Source: an uncultured bacterium (GTDB lineage: Bacteria; Fidelibacterota; Marinisomatia; SCGC-AAA003-L08; D37C17). From it: 64,000 nucleotides of DNA. Below, in pieces: positions 52,824 to 63,119 of this stretch. The translations under genes were made by a program, and so were the position numbers. The stretch is taken from contig CAYFMU010000006.1 in assembly GCA_964344315.1 (NCBI GenBank), positions 7,025 to 71,024 of the forward strand. The letters are read 5' to 3'. The first letter of the stretch is position 1. Each line of letters opens with the position of its first letter. Under the pieces are notes generated by a model. The model saw only the letters and a list, made by a program, of their open reading frames with translations, had not been told where the DNA came from and did not search any database.

Positions 52824-55331
52824 TTATGTATTCAATATAGAATTTACTATATCAACTAAATCGATTACGTTAATATTTCCATCTGAGTTGAAGTCTGCAA
52901 GACCCAATACGGAGTCATCTAAATCATTATTCCCAACAATGTAGCCTACAATTTGAACAATATCTAAAATATCCACAGTAAAGTCATCATTTACATCACC
53001 AGGAAGTGTAGATGCCGTAGCTTCTAACAAACTGGGGCGGTAAGTTTCAATTGCCCAATGAATTCTACTTTTTTGCCCTTCAGTAAAGAAGTACATACAA
53101 TCATCATCTACATAGTCCATAAAATTACCAATATCTTCAGGAACACCACATGAACTTGCCCAGCTTGGGCAACCTAAATTATCATATGCTTGTGGGGGAG
53201 TATCATCCACTTCATCACCAGGCGCTGCACATCCATTTTCAAATGTATGGTAGAGCCCCAGATAGTGTCCAGCTTCATGAAGACCCGTATCCCCTTCATT
53301 TACACCCCAAGCACCGCCTGGATGTGTGAAATTAGCACAATAAAGACCATGATTATGACTATCTTCTGGGAATGACCATGGGTATACGCCTAAACCATAA
53401 ATTCCGCCACCAGTAGTCCAATAATAGTTTAGCGTATGTGCGGGATCAATACTGGTGTTACTGGCCATATCAAGATACATATCTTCGCATTGCCATTGTC
53501 CTGTATCCCAATCTTTATTTCCTGCCGCATAATACCAACCTGAATTATTAAGTCTATCAATGGACTGAATACTAAAAGAATAACCAAATTCATTATATAC
53601 GGAATTTAGATGGTCAGTTTGCAATTGCATAATATTATCATGAAGATCACCATCAATAAAATCTCCTTCAGGAGCTGTAAAATCGTTGAATCTATATTGA
53701 CCGTACCATCCAATATTTGCCAATACATTGCCTTGGCTATCTGTTACATTTCCCGTAACACCACCGTCACCATAGTCATCCCATAAGAATAGTGCATACT
53801 CACCGGGAGTTAATACCCCACCCAAAGAATAATTATGATACGCATAGTCAAATCCAAAACCTGGATAAAGTAAAAAGGTATTATTTTGATAATCCCAAAT
53901 ATCCCATACAGCTTCCCAATAGTAGCTATCTACTTGTACATTCATAAGACTAGAAATATCTTTGGTACGCATACGTAATTTTAATAATGCAGAGAGAATC
54001 ACTTCGGTATTGCTTAAATTGGGATGTTCTTGTTGAAGCGTATTAAAAAAATCATTATGGACATTGGTGAAACGGGTTTCAAACTCTTTCCAATTAATAT
54101 TTGTACCATCCTCATTAAGATCATCTAAATGAATAGATGGAGAATGGGAATCCACACTGTCATCATCGTTTGGATGTTTTAATTTTCCTAATTCGTTATT
54201 TAGATTAATGGCTTTTAATAAATATGCAGCAAGTTCTTTCTCTTTTGATTCTAACTCATCATGTAGTTCTTTATCTTCTGATTTTAGATCTATAACATTT
54301 AAGCGAGTGGTTAATTCTTCAATAGCTTGTTCTTTTTTTGAGAGTTTCTCTAAATATTGTTCATTTAATACTTCTTCATTGAGCTTCAATGATTTTTTTA
54401 GATTTTCTAACGCCTGTTTATAATTGGATTCTTTTTCATAATAATTAGATAGAAATTTGTATGCATCTCGTTCTTTATTTTTCATTTTATGTTCGCGGGT
54501 CAAATCAATGCATTGTTTTATCCAATCTTTACCTAATTTATAATTATTTTGTTCAAAATTAAGCCTTCCCATCCCCATTAGTAAATCGGCTCTCACTTTA
54601 GGGTCAAATTCAATTTCTGTATTTTTAAGTCCTTTTTGCAGAAAAGATTTAGCTTCATCTAAATTTCCATTTACCATAGAAATTGATGCTAAAGAATTTA
54701 ATGCATAGGCAGAAATTCGAATTTCTTCAGGAATACCTTTTACATCTTTTAATGCTTTTTTTAAGTATTGAGATGCAAGGGAATATTCCTCTAACTCTTG
54801 GTAACACACCCCAATGTTTAGATGTGCTCGCCCTACCTCCATTTTATTTTGCTTCATCTCTTTAATAGAAATGGATTTTTTGAAGTAAGCAATAGCCTGT
54901 TCAAAGTTTTTATTTATATTATAAACCGCTCCTAAATTTGAGTAAAGAGAAGAGAGGATTCGTTTATTTTTTAGTTTTTCAGATAAGGTAAGGGCATCAG
55001 TATAAAACTGGATTGCATTTGAATTATCCCCTTCTTCGTAAGCCACCAATCCTTGCTGAAGTTTAATTAAGGCATAATTATCAGGAGAAGAATGGATATC
55101 AAACTTTTGTATTGTTTTTTGGACAGCACTCTTTGCATTTGAGATTTGCTGCTGGATGTAATAGCCCCAAAATATGAGAATATGAGCTTTAAAAATATGA
55201 TGTTCTTCAATAAATCCTGTTGCATGGTCAATAATTTTATTGAGTTTTTTAATGGTATTCTCTGGATTGGCATAAACCTTTGATTCAGCATCATTAATTT
55301 GAGTTATGTAATGTTTTTTACTTTTTGCCAT
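52824..55331 (-). CDS. Chimeric ORF: TPR plus coiled-coil plus truncated LuxR-type HTH (aa 1-465) fused to a DxYGDG beta-domain, M43 (pappalysin/ulilysin-type) metalloprotease and dockerin-like tail
   Basis: No signal peptide. TPR units span aa 90-320, and the HTH remnant is LSNTEVILSALLKLRMRTKDISSLMNV. The junction is near 53936. The zinc motif HEAGHYLGLYH (53247..53279) is followed by GDEVDDTP. The dockerin-like 60 aa lie at 52827..53006. Confidence 0.7.
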   Translation of the reverse strand: MAKSKKHYITQINDAESKVYANPENTIKKLNKIIDHATGFIEEHHIFKAHILIFWGYYIQQQISNAKSAVQKTIQKFDIHSSPDNYALIKLQQGLVAYEEGDNSNAIQFYTDALTLSEKLKNKRILSSLYSNLGAVYNINKNFEQAIAYFKKSISIKEMKQNKMEVGRAHLNIGVCYQELEEYSLASQYLKKALKDVKGIPEEIRISAYALNSLASISMVNGNLDEAKSFLQKGLKNTEIEFDPKVRADLLMGMGRLNFEQNNYKLGKDWIKQCIDLTREHKMKNKERDAYKFLSNYYEKESNYKQALENLKKSLKLNEEVLNEQYLEKLSKKEQAIEELTTRLNVIDLKSEDKELHDELESKEKELAAYLLKAINLNNELGKLKHPNDDDSVDSHSPSIHLDDLNEDGTNINWKEFETRFTNVHNDFFNTLQQEHPNLSNTEVILSALLKLRMRTKDISSLMNVQVDSYYWEAVWDIWDYQNNTFLLYPGFGFDYAYHNYSLGGVLTPGEYALFLWDDYGDGGVTGNVTDSQGNVLANIGWYGQYRFNDFTAPEGDFIDGDLHDNIMQLQTDHLNSVYNEFGYSFSIQSIDRLNNSGWYYAAGNKDWDTGQWQCEDMYLDMASNTSIDPAHTLNYYWTTGGGIYGLGVYPWSFPEDSHNHGLYCANFTHPGGAWGVNEGDTGLHEAGHYLGLYHTFENGCAAPGDEVDDTPPQAYDNLGCPSWASSCGVPEDIGNFMDYVDDDCMYFFTEGQKSRIHWAIETYRPSLLEATASTLPGDVNDDFTVDILDIVQIVGYIVGNNDLDDSVLGLADFNSDGNINVIDLVDIVNSILNT

Positions 55332-55383
55332 TGTTCCATTTTAATAAAAAATTCAACTCAATGTAAAGTATCTTTAACTTGAA

Positions 55384-56961
55384 ATGAATAATCCCCTAAA
55401 TTTCAATATGAATTCATTCAATCTAATAAATGGAAAATTCATTTGCCCTGTAAATAGCAGCTTAGAAATTTCCTCGCTAACCATTAAAAATGGAAAAATT
55501 TCATCATTAAATAATATAGAAAATTCACTTCCCTCTATAAATTTAAAGGGAAATACACTCATCCCTGGGTTTACCGATTCTCATTTTCATCTTAAAAATT
55601 TAGGAAAACGATTAGAGCAACTTCAATTAAAAGGCATTGATTCACCCCATACCATCTCAGAATTAGTCGTTGAAAAATCTCAAATACTGCCACCAAATAC
55701 ATGGATTACAGGCTTTGGTTGGGATCAAACATTATGGGAAGATGAGGCATTTCCACCATCTCATTTATTAAATAAAATTGATACTCACCCAGTAATGCTT
55801 ACTAGAATTGATGGGCATTCAATTTGGGTAAATGAATATGCATTAAAATTAGGCGGTTATGATATAACAAAACTCCATTCTCCTGAAGGCGGGAGCATCA
55901 TCAACGATTGTGTTTTATTGGACAATGCCATGAATCCAATTTGGGATGCACAGCCAGATGATAAGTTCGAAGATGTAAAACGATGGATAAAAACGGCAGT
56001 GAAAGAAGTGAGAAGTAGAGGTATTACCAATGTGCATGATGCGTGGCAAGATGGAGATACTATACGTGCGATTAAAGCACTAGAAAGCCATGGGGCGCTT
56101 CCCATAAGATGTTATGGAATGTTAGCCAGTTCTGATGAATCCCTGTTATCCTCGTATTTTAAAAATGGGCATTATCAATCTGAATTATATACAATTCGTT
56201 CGGTTAAAGCATTCATTGATGGAGCATTAGGGAGTAGAGGAGCTGCATTACTAGAGCCTTATACAGACGACCATTGTAATTGTGGGCTTATTTTGATTTC
56301 TCAAGAAGAGTTTGAACAATTGACACAGCAGTGTAAAGATGCAAATTTTCAACTTTGTACTCATGCTATTGGTGATAGGGGTAACCAATATGTATTAAAC
56401 GCTTACGCCAGTACGCTCAACAATGCCCACAACCATCGATGGCGAATTGAGCATGCACAGATGGTAACAGATGAAGATATAACTACATTCGCAACTAATC
56501 ATATTCTTCCATCAATGCAGCCCAGCCACTGCACATCGGATATGCGTTGGATGAAAAACAGAATCGGTGATAATAGACTCCATCGAATTTCAAGATGGCA
56601 ATCTTTTGTGGATGTAGGCTTACCTGTTCCAGGGGGGTCTGATTGTCCTATTGAAGATGGTTTACCTATGTACGAATATTATGCAGCCGTGACGCGTCAA
56701 AATCATGATGGTTATCCAAAGAGTGGATGGCAACCTCAAGAAAAATTAGATAGAGTTAATGCCCTAAAAATGTTTACTACATGGGCGGCACATGGTGAAT
56801 TTGCAGAACATCGACGAGGAGCATTGAAAGTTGGTTTTGATGCAGACTTTTCCATCTTATCAGAAAATATTTTGGAATGTTCTGATGCCAACATTTTAAA
56901 AACCAAAATAATTGATTCATCTGTAAATGGAATATTTTCTAATTCAGAATTTCAAGTGTAA
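55384..56961 (+). CDS. Amidohydrolase-family metal-dependent hydrolase (YtcJ-like)
   Basis: 525 aa with the GFTDSHFHL metal-binding motif, HAIGD and a C-terminal GSDCP block. Confidence 0.8.
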   Translation: MNNPLNFNMNSFNLINGKFICPVNSSLEISSLTIKNGKISSLNNIENSLPSINLKGNTLIPGFTDSHFHLKNLGKRLEQLQLKGIDSPHTISELVVEKSQILPPNTWITGFGWDQTLWEDEAFPPSHLLNKIDTHPVMLTRIDGHSIWVNEYALKLGGYDITKLHSPEGGSIINDCVLLDNAMNPIWDAQPDDKFEDVKRWIKTAVKEVRSRGITNVHDAWQDGDTIRAIKALESHGALPIRCYGMLASSDESLLSSYFKNGHYQSELYTIRSVKAFIDGALGSRGAALLEPYTDDHCNCGLILISQEEFEQLTQQCKDANFQLCTHAIGDRGNQYVLNAYASTLNNAHNHRWRIEHAQMVTDEDITTFATNHILPSMQPSHCTSDMRWMKNRIGDNRLHRISRWQSFVDVGLPVPGGSDCPIEDGLPMYEYYAAVTRQNHDGYPKSGWQPQEKLDRVNALKMFTTWAAHGEFAEHRRGALKVGFDADFSILSENILECSDANILKTKIIDSSVNGIFSNSEFQV

Positions 56962-57002
56962 ATTATTTGGAGATTATTATAAAATTTTAGGAATGAAGCT
57001 CT

Positions 57003-57344
57003 ATGTCTAGCGTACATACAACCGAATGGTCAAAAGAAGAATTTAAAGCATATTTATTAATTTATGCCATGCAGTCTAACCAAGTTGAAACCTCTGAAGA
57101 AAAGGAATTTTTAGATGAGTGTATTGATTCAAATGTGTTAAGCAAAATGAAACGTGAAATAAGTGGTGATAATGATTTCCAGCGTGTTCAAAAAGTGAGG
57201 GCATACATTGAATCAAACCATTGTACTGAAGCAGAATTGAAAACACTCCTTGATGAAATTAAAAATGTATATATTTGTGATAATTCATTTGATGCAGCAG
57301 AGCAGGGAATTTATCTATTTTTAAAACGGCTATTTAAAATATAG
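57003..57344 (+). CDS. Hypothetical protein
   Basis: 113-aa ORF from an ATG start, helical and acidic, with no motif I recognise. Confidence 0.4.
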   Translation: MSSVHTTEWSKEEFKAYLLIYAMQSNQVETSEEKEFLDECIDSNVLSKMKREISGDNDFQRVQKVRAYIESNHCTEAELKTLLDEIKNVYICDNSFDAAEQGIYLFLKRLFKI

Positions 57345-57363
57345 TTTAAACTACTTAAGGGCT

Positions 57364-58161
57364 TTATACCTCTACCTCTATTTCATAACCATTATGCTTA
57401 CGGATATTGGTAACTCGTCCATCATCAAAAATTAGATATTGCCCTTTTATCCCCCATAGACGTCCTTCAATCGTAGGGTATTTATCAAAACCAACTGACT
57501 TTACTTTAGTGGGATAATCATTCACAGGATAATGGAGCTGAACGATTTCATTGTCATCATCTTCATAAACTTGTAACTCTGGTGCGAGATTGCCTATCAT
57601 CTCTTGCTTACGTGCCTGTAAATCGACATGCTCCGCCAGTTGATTTTTTAACATTCGCTGCCAATGAGTTTTATCAGAAATAAATTCTTTTAACGCCACC
57701 TCAATAATACCTGCAGTATATCGATTTGGTGTTTTTGCTAATTTTATGGCCTTCCATGCGCCTTGATCAATCCACCGTGTAGGAATTTGTGATGACCGAG
57801 TTACCCCTACTTTATCGCCACTGGAAATTGCCAAATAAACATACTGTTCTTGTAAACAATGTTTTTCTGCCCATGTCATATCTCGTGCAATACCTTCATG
57901 GGCTTCACATAGTTCTGGGCGCAATATACATTCAGATGTTTCAGGTGCATTGAGAAAACAAGGATAGCAAAAACCTTGAGCAAAAGACTTATTGGTTTTT
58001 CGACCACAAGCAATACAGTAAATATTCCCTAAATATTTTAATAATATATAATGGCCAATTAAGTCATTCATGGGCAATTTATCATCACCGATAGGAAGTG
58101 AATATTGAATAGTGGAAGCCAATTTGCTTTCCATTTTAAGTATTGTACCAGAGAGTTTCAT
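57364..58161 (-). CDS. Conserved hypothetical protein with Cys-rich motif (DUF2797-like)
   Basis: 265 aa with CIACGRKTNKSFAQGFCYPCF plus C..LC..H. Family name is from memory and unverified. Confidence 0.45.
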   Translation of the reverse strand: MKLSGTILKMESKLASTIQYSLPIGDDKLPMNDLIGHYILLKYLGNIYCIACGRKTNKSFAQGFCYPCFLNAPETSECILRPELCEAHEGIARDMTWAEKHCLQEQYVYLAISSGDKVGVTRSSQIPTRWIDQGAWKAIKLAKTPNRYTAGIIEVALKEFISDKTHWQRMLKNQLAEHVDLQARKQEMIGNLAPELQVYEDDDNEIVQLHYPVNDYPTKVKSVGFDKYPTIEGRLWGIKGQYLIFDDGRVTNIRKHNGYEIEVEV

Positions 58162-58263
58162 ATCATCAAATTACAGCAATGTACTAAAGTAAAGAACGTT
58201 TTTTTATAAAATTTAAAATAAAATTTGGAATTGATGTCCTACACAGCAGTAAATTAAAAATAT

Positions 58264-60750
58264 ATGGCACAGAAAAATACTAAATTGGTGATAGTTGAGT
58301 CACCTTCCAAAATCAAGACATTAAAGAAATTTTTAGGCAACGACTATGTAATTGAAGCATCAGTTGGGCATATTTGCGATTTATCTAAAAAAGATTTAGG
58401 TATAAATATTGATGCAGGATTTGAACCCACTTATGAAGTTTCGCCAGATAGCAAAAAAGTTGTATCAAATTTAAAAAAGGTTATAAAAGACGTTGATGAG
58501 TTATACTTGGCAACTGACCCTGACCGAGAAGGTGAAGCCATTGCTTGGCACCTTATGGAGCAACTCAAACCAAAAATTCCAGTAAAACGGTTAGTATTTA
58601 ACGAGATTACTAAATCAGCAATTTTAGATGCATTTGAAAATACTCGTGATATAGAAATGCCACTATTCAAGGCGCAAGAAACACGCCGAATTTTGGATAG
58701 ATTATTTGGATTCCAAGTTTCAAAAAAACTATGGTTTAATGTAAAAGGTGGATTATCAGCTGGACGTGTACAAAGCCCAGCAGTGAAAATTTTAGTAGAT
58801 AGAGAAAAAGAGCGCTCCAAATTTGTAAAGAGCGAGTATTGGAGTGTAACGGGAGAATTTTCTATAAAGGGTGAGCCTTTTTCAGCAACGCTTACTCATA
58901 TTAATGATGATCGAATTGCAGAGGGAAAATCCTTCGATAAAACTACTGGAAAATTGGTGCAAAAAAATTCTATAGCACTAGATAAAGACAAAGCCAATGC
59001 GTTGGCTACGTCAATAATAAATCATAATTGGGAAGTATCAAATTTAGAGAAAAAACCGGGTTCGCAACATCCCTATGCACCATTCATCACATCAACATTA
59101 CAGCAAGAAGGAATTCGAAAGCTCAGAATGAGTTCTCAGCAAGTAATGCGCGTTGCTCAACGATTATATGAAAACGGTTACATTACTTATATGCGTACGG
59201 ATTCGGTTCATCTTTCTCAAGAGGCAATTAATGCATCGAGAAATGCAATTACTTCTATGTATGGCGAAAACTATTTACCATCTTCACCGCGAGTATATAA
59301 AAGTAAGGCTAAAAATGCACAAGAGGCACATGAGGCAATTCGTCCTGCAGGTTCTACCTTTAAGCATCCTAATGAAATTAAAAATGTAGTGGACGTAGCT
59401 GAATATAATTTATACGATTTAATTTGGAAACGTACTGTTGCATCACAAATGGCATCTGCAAAAATCCAAAAGACGACTGTCAAAATTAGTGATGGGACAC
59501 ATACTTTTACTTCTCATGGTAAAATTATAGAATTTCCGGGATTTTTACGTGCCTATGTGGAGGGGGCAGATGATCCAAGTAAACAATTAGACGATAAAGA
59601 GAAAAAATTGCCATCCATGTCACAAGGTGATTCGCTGAATTGCGATGCATTAGAGTCTAAGCAACATTTTACTAAACCTGCAAATCGGTTTACAGAGGCA
59701 TCTCTTGTAAAAGAGTTAGAAACACTGGGAATTGGTCGCCCTTCTACCTATGCTTCTATTATGAAACGAATTCAGGACAAGGGCTATGTAAATAAAGTGA
59801 AAGGCTCCATGATTCCCACATTCACAGGATATGCGGTAGTCCAGTTTTTGGAAAATTATTTTGATGAACTAGTAGATCTTCAATACACTTCACAAATGGA
59901 AAATAAATTAGATGAAATTTCACTAGGGAAAGTTGAGTCTATTGATTTTCTTAATGAGTTTTATTATGGAGATAATTCTGATATTGATGGGCTAGAAAAA
60001 GATTTAGACCAAGAATTTGATAAGGATAAATCTAAGGAAATCATTACTATTATTGATGATGAGGGTAATCCTATTCAAGTGAAGATTGGTAGATATGGTT
60101 TATATGTTCAAAAAGGAGAGACTAGAGCTACAATTTTGGATACTATTCCTCCCAGTGAATTAGATAGTTACTATGTTATAAATCTACTTGAAAAGAAAGA
60201 GTCTGGCCCTGAAGAATTTGGCACATTACCAGAAACCAATGAGCCAATTTATTTAAAAACAGGGCGATATGGCCCCTATATTCAATCTGGAAAGAAAATG
60301 AAATCATTGCTTCCTGGAATGAAAGAAGAAGATGTTACACCCGAAATTGCATTGGCAATTATAAGTTTACCAAAGACGGTGGGAACATGGTCAGAAAATG
60401 GGAAGGCCATCAAGGCGGATATTGGACGATTTGGACCTTATATTAAATGTGATAAAGAGACCCGATCTATCCCTGCATCCATCAATTTATTGGATATTAC
60501 TGAAGAAGATGCAGTAAAATTGTTAAGTGAAAAAAAGAAAACAGGTACATCGGTTCTCAAAGAGTTTGAAGATGGCATTCAATTAAAAGAGGGTAGATAT
60601 GGTGCCTATGTTACTGATGGCAAGATAAATGCAACCCTTCCAAAATCTACATTACCAGATGATGTTACCATTGAAATTGCAAAGCAGTTAATTGAAGAGA
60701 AAAAAGCAAAAGGCCCTACAAAACGCTTTAGAAAGAAAAAGGCGAAATAG
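58264..60750 (+). CDS. topA: DNA topoisomerase I
   Basis: TOPRIM LVIVESPSK and the active-site region GYITYMRTDS. The C-terminus carries four GR(Y/F)G.Y-type repeats instead of zinc fingers, plus a Lys-rich tail. Confidence 0.95.
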   Translation: MAQKNTKLVIVESPSKIKTLKKFLGNDYVIEASVGHICDLSKKDLGINIDAGFEPTYEVSPDSKKVVSNLKKVIKDVDELYLATDPDREGEAIAWHLMEQLKPKIPVKRLVFNEITKSAILDAFENTRDIEMPLFKAQETRRILDRLFGFQVSKKLWFNVKGGLSAGRVQSPAVKILVDREKERSKFVKSEYWSVTGEFSIKGEPFSATLTHINDDRIAEGKSFDKTTGKLVQKNSIALDKDKANALATSIINHNWEVSNLEKKPGSQHPYAPFITSTLQQEGIRKLRMSSQQVMRVAQRLYENGYITYMRTDSVHLSQEAINASRNAITSMYGENYLPSSPRVYKSKAKNAQEAHEAIRPAGSTFKHPNEIKNVVDVAEYNLYDLIWKRTVASQMASAKIQKTTVKISDGTHTFTSHGKIIEFPGFLRAYVEGADDPSKQLDDKEKKLPSMSQGDSLNCDALESKQHFTKPANRFTEASLVKELETLGIGRPSTYASIMKRIQDKGYVNKVKGSMIPTFTGYAVVQFLENYFDELVDLQYTSQMENKLDEISLGKVESIDFLNEFYYGDNSDIDGLEKDLDQEFDKDKSKEIITIIDDEGNPIQVKIGRYGLYVQKGETRATILDTIPPSELDSYYVINLLEKKESGPEEFGTLPETNEPIYLKTGRYGPYIQSGKKMKSLLPGMKEEDVTPEIALAIISLPKTVGTWSENGKAIKADIGRFGPYIKCDKETRSIPASINLLDITEEDAVKLLSEKKKTGTSVLKEFEDGIQLKEGRYGAYVTDGKINATLPKSTLPDDVTIEIAKQLIEEKKAKGPTKRFRKKKAK

Positions 60751-60845
60751 ACTAAATAATTAACATTTTACGTTCATCCCTCACGCCCAGAATAGTGTAA
60801 ATTTTCCTTTCTATTTTTATATAATAATTTATTTTAGGACATAAA

Positions 60846-62489
60846 ATGTCAAAAGAGCAATTATCATTGATGGATAAAATTGTATCATTATCCAAGCAGC
60901 GTGGATTCATTTTCCAAAGTAGCGAAATTTATGGTGGACTTAAAAGTGCCTACGACTATGGTCCGTTAGGTGTGGAATTAAAACGCAATATCATGAATGA
61001 ATGGTGGCGGTCAATGGTTCATGAACGTGAAGATGTTGTGGGCATAGATGCATCAATTATAATGCATCCAAAAGTATGGCATGCATCAGGTCATTTGGCA
61101 GGGTTCTCAGACCCACTTGTAGATTGTTTAGTGAGTAAAGAACGATTCCGTGCCGATAAGGCACCTCGACCTGAGCCAGGAGATGAACTCCCCATAACTT
61201 GTGCCGATAAAGGTCAAGCCAAGACCTATCAAGAAATCATAAAAAATCGTTTTAATGTTGAGCTTCGTCGAAATGGAAAGACGTTAAATGGTCTTCGGGT
61301 AATTAATGACAAAAGTTTTGGTTTTTTTGAAGAAGACAATGATGACGCCGTTGTCACATTTCCCTATACTGGCTACGTTGGCCCCACCTTTGGCTGCCCT
61401 TTTTTGAGTGATGAACGACAATTTAATTTAATGTTTAGAACACAGTTAGGGCCAGTAGATGTATTGAATAGAATCTCAAAGTTCATGGAAGAAAATAAGG
61501 ATGCATCTGGTAAAGAAATACGTGAAGGTGTAGATACTATTGTAAAAGAATCAGCAGTATATTTACGACCAGAAACAGCCCAGGCCATGTTTGTTCAGTT
61601 TTTGAATTGTCAGCAGTCCATGTCAATGAAAGTACCTTTTGGTATTGCTCAAATGGGCAAAAGTTTCCGAAATGAAATTACTACAGAACATTACATCTTT
61701 CGATCCTGTGAGTTTGAACAAATGGAGATGGAATTCTTTGTTGAGCCTGGTACTCAAAAGGAATGGTTAGAATATTGGAGAGATTCTCGACTAAACTGGT
61801 GGAAATCTTTTGCTAATCATCCCGAAAAATTCATGTACCGCCCTCATGATAAAGATGAGCTTGCCCATTATGCCGATGCATGTTACGACATCGAATATAA
61901 ATACCCTTGGGGATATGATGAGTTAGAGGGTGTAGCCAGTAGAACTGATTATGATTTAAAAAAGCATGCCGAACACTCAGGTACAAAACTCAGTTATTTT
62001 GACCAACAAAAAGAAGATCCTGAAACAGGAAAACAAGGGTGGCGATATACTCCCTATGTTATTGAACCTGCAGCAGGAGCAACGCGTGGGCTTTTAGTTT
62101 ACCTTTTGGATGCCTATCATGAGGAAACGGTAAAAGATGCAAAAGGAAATGACTCAACCCGTGTAGTAATGAAATTGCATCCCAAATTAGCACCTATAAA
62201 AGTAGCTATTTTACCTCTAGTGAAGAAAGAGGGTTTACCCGAAATTGCAAGAGAGATTGTATCAGATTTCTTCAACGCAGGAATCAATGCCAAATACGAT
62301 GAAAATCATGCCATTGGAAAACGATATCGCCGACATGATGAAGCGGGTACCCCTTATTGCATCACCATTGATGGGCAAACTAAAGAAGATGGAACGGTGA
62401 CTATTCGAGATAGAGATACCATGGTGCAAGAACGCATCCCTGCTGAAAAAGCATTGCAAATTGTACAGGACAGATTAAACAAAAGTTAA
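60846..62489 (+). CDS. glyQS: Glycyl-tRNA synthetase (dimeric class II)
   Basis: N-terminal RGFIFQSSEIYGG, motif 2 region FRNEITTEHYIFR.CEFEQMEMEFF, and a C-terminal anticodon-binding domain. Confidence 0.94.
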   Translation: MSKEQLSLMDKIVSLSKQRGFIFQSSEIYGGLKSAYDYGPLGVELKRNIMNEWWRSMVHEREDVVGIDASIIMHPKVWHASGHLAGFSDPLVDCLVSKERFRADKAPRPEPGDELPITCADKGQAKTYQEIIKNRFNVELRRNGKTLNGLRVINDKSFGFFEEDNDDAVVTFPYTGYVGPTFGCPFLSDERQFNLMFRTQLGPVDVLNRISKFMEENKDASGKEIREGVDTIVKESAVYLRPETAQAMFVQFLNCQQSMSMKVPFGIAQMGKSFRNEITTEHYIFRSCEFEQMEMEFFVEPGTQKEWLEYWRDSRLNWWKSFANHPEKFMYRPHDKDELAHYADACYDIEYKYPWGYDELEGVASRTDYDLKKHAEHSGTKLSYFDQQKEDPETGKQGWRYTPYVIEPAAGATRGLLVYLLDAYHEETVKDAKGNDSTRVVMKLHPKLAPIKVAILPLVKKEGLPEIAREIVSDFFNAGINAKYDENHAIGKRYRRHDEAGTPYCITIDGQTKEDGTVTIRDRDTMVQERIPAEKALQIVQDRLNKS

Positions 62490-63119
62490 ATGGCAAAATC
62501 CCAACCATTTAATGTGGTAGATGACATTGGTCTTTCCCATACCCTAGCGTCCACATTTTACACTGAGGATGAGTATTTTGAAATTTCAAAAGAGAAGATT
62601 TTTAGCTCATCTTGGCAACTCATCACTCATAAAAATCAGTTACAAGGTTTAACTCAATATCCATTTACCTTTTTAAAGGGGTATATAGATGAACCGTTGG
62701 TGCTTACTCAAGAAAATGAAATAACCCATTGCTATTCAAATGTATGTACTCACCGTGCCCATTTAGTCTGTGTAGATGCCTGTGATAAATCACTGCTACG
62801 ATGCAGATATCATGGTAGAACTTTTGAGCTTGATGGCAAGATGAAAGCCATGCCAGGTTTTGATGAGGTGAAGAATTTCCCCACTGAAAATGATAATTTA
62901 ACCCACATCCCGTCATTAATTTGGAAAGATTTTATCTTTGTTTCATTAAATCCAAAAATGGATATTCAACCAATTTTTGATGATATTGAACATCGGTTAC
63001 AGGGCTATGAATTTGATAAATTAGAATTAGATGAGAGATTGTCCAAATCCTATGAAATTGATGCTCATTGGGCACTATACTGCGAAAACTATTTGGAGGA
63101 GTTCCACATTCCATTTTAA
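62490..63119 (+). pseudogene. Rieske [2Fe-2S] non-heme iron oxygenase alpha subunit, 3'-truncated
   Basis: The Rieske motif CTHRAH...CRYHGRTF is present. The ORF stops at EEFHIPF-TAA, inside the mononuclear-iron H-x4-H motif. About 209 aa remain of what I would expect to be a considerably longer (roughly 350 aa or more) protein, and the catalytic domain is absent downstream. Confidence 0.65.

Noticed and set aside
61140-61440. GlyRS seemed long (547 aa), with a possible insertion after the DPLVDC block
   Set aside because: Dimeric GlyRS enzymes vary in this region. Without an alignment I cannot say that the segment is unusual.
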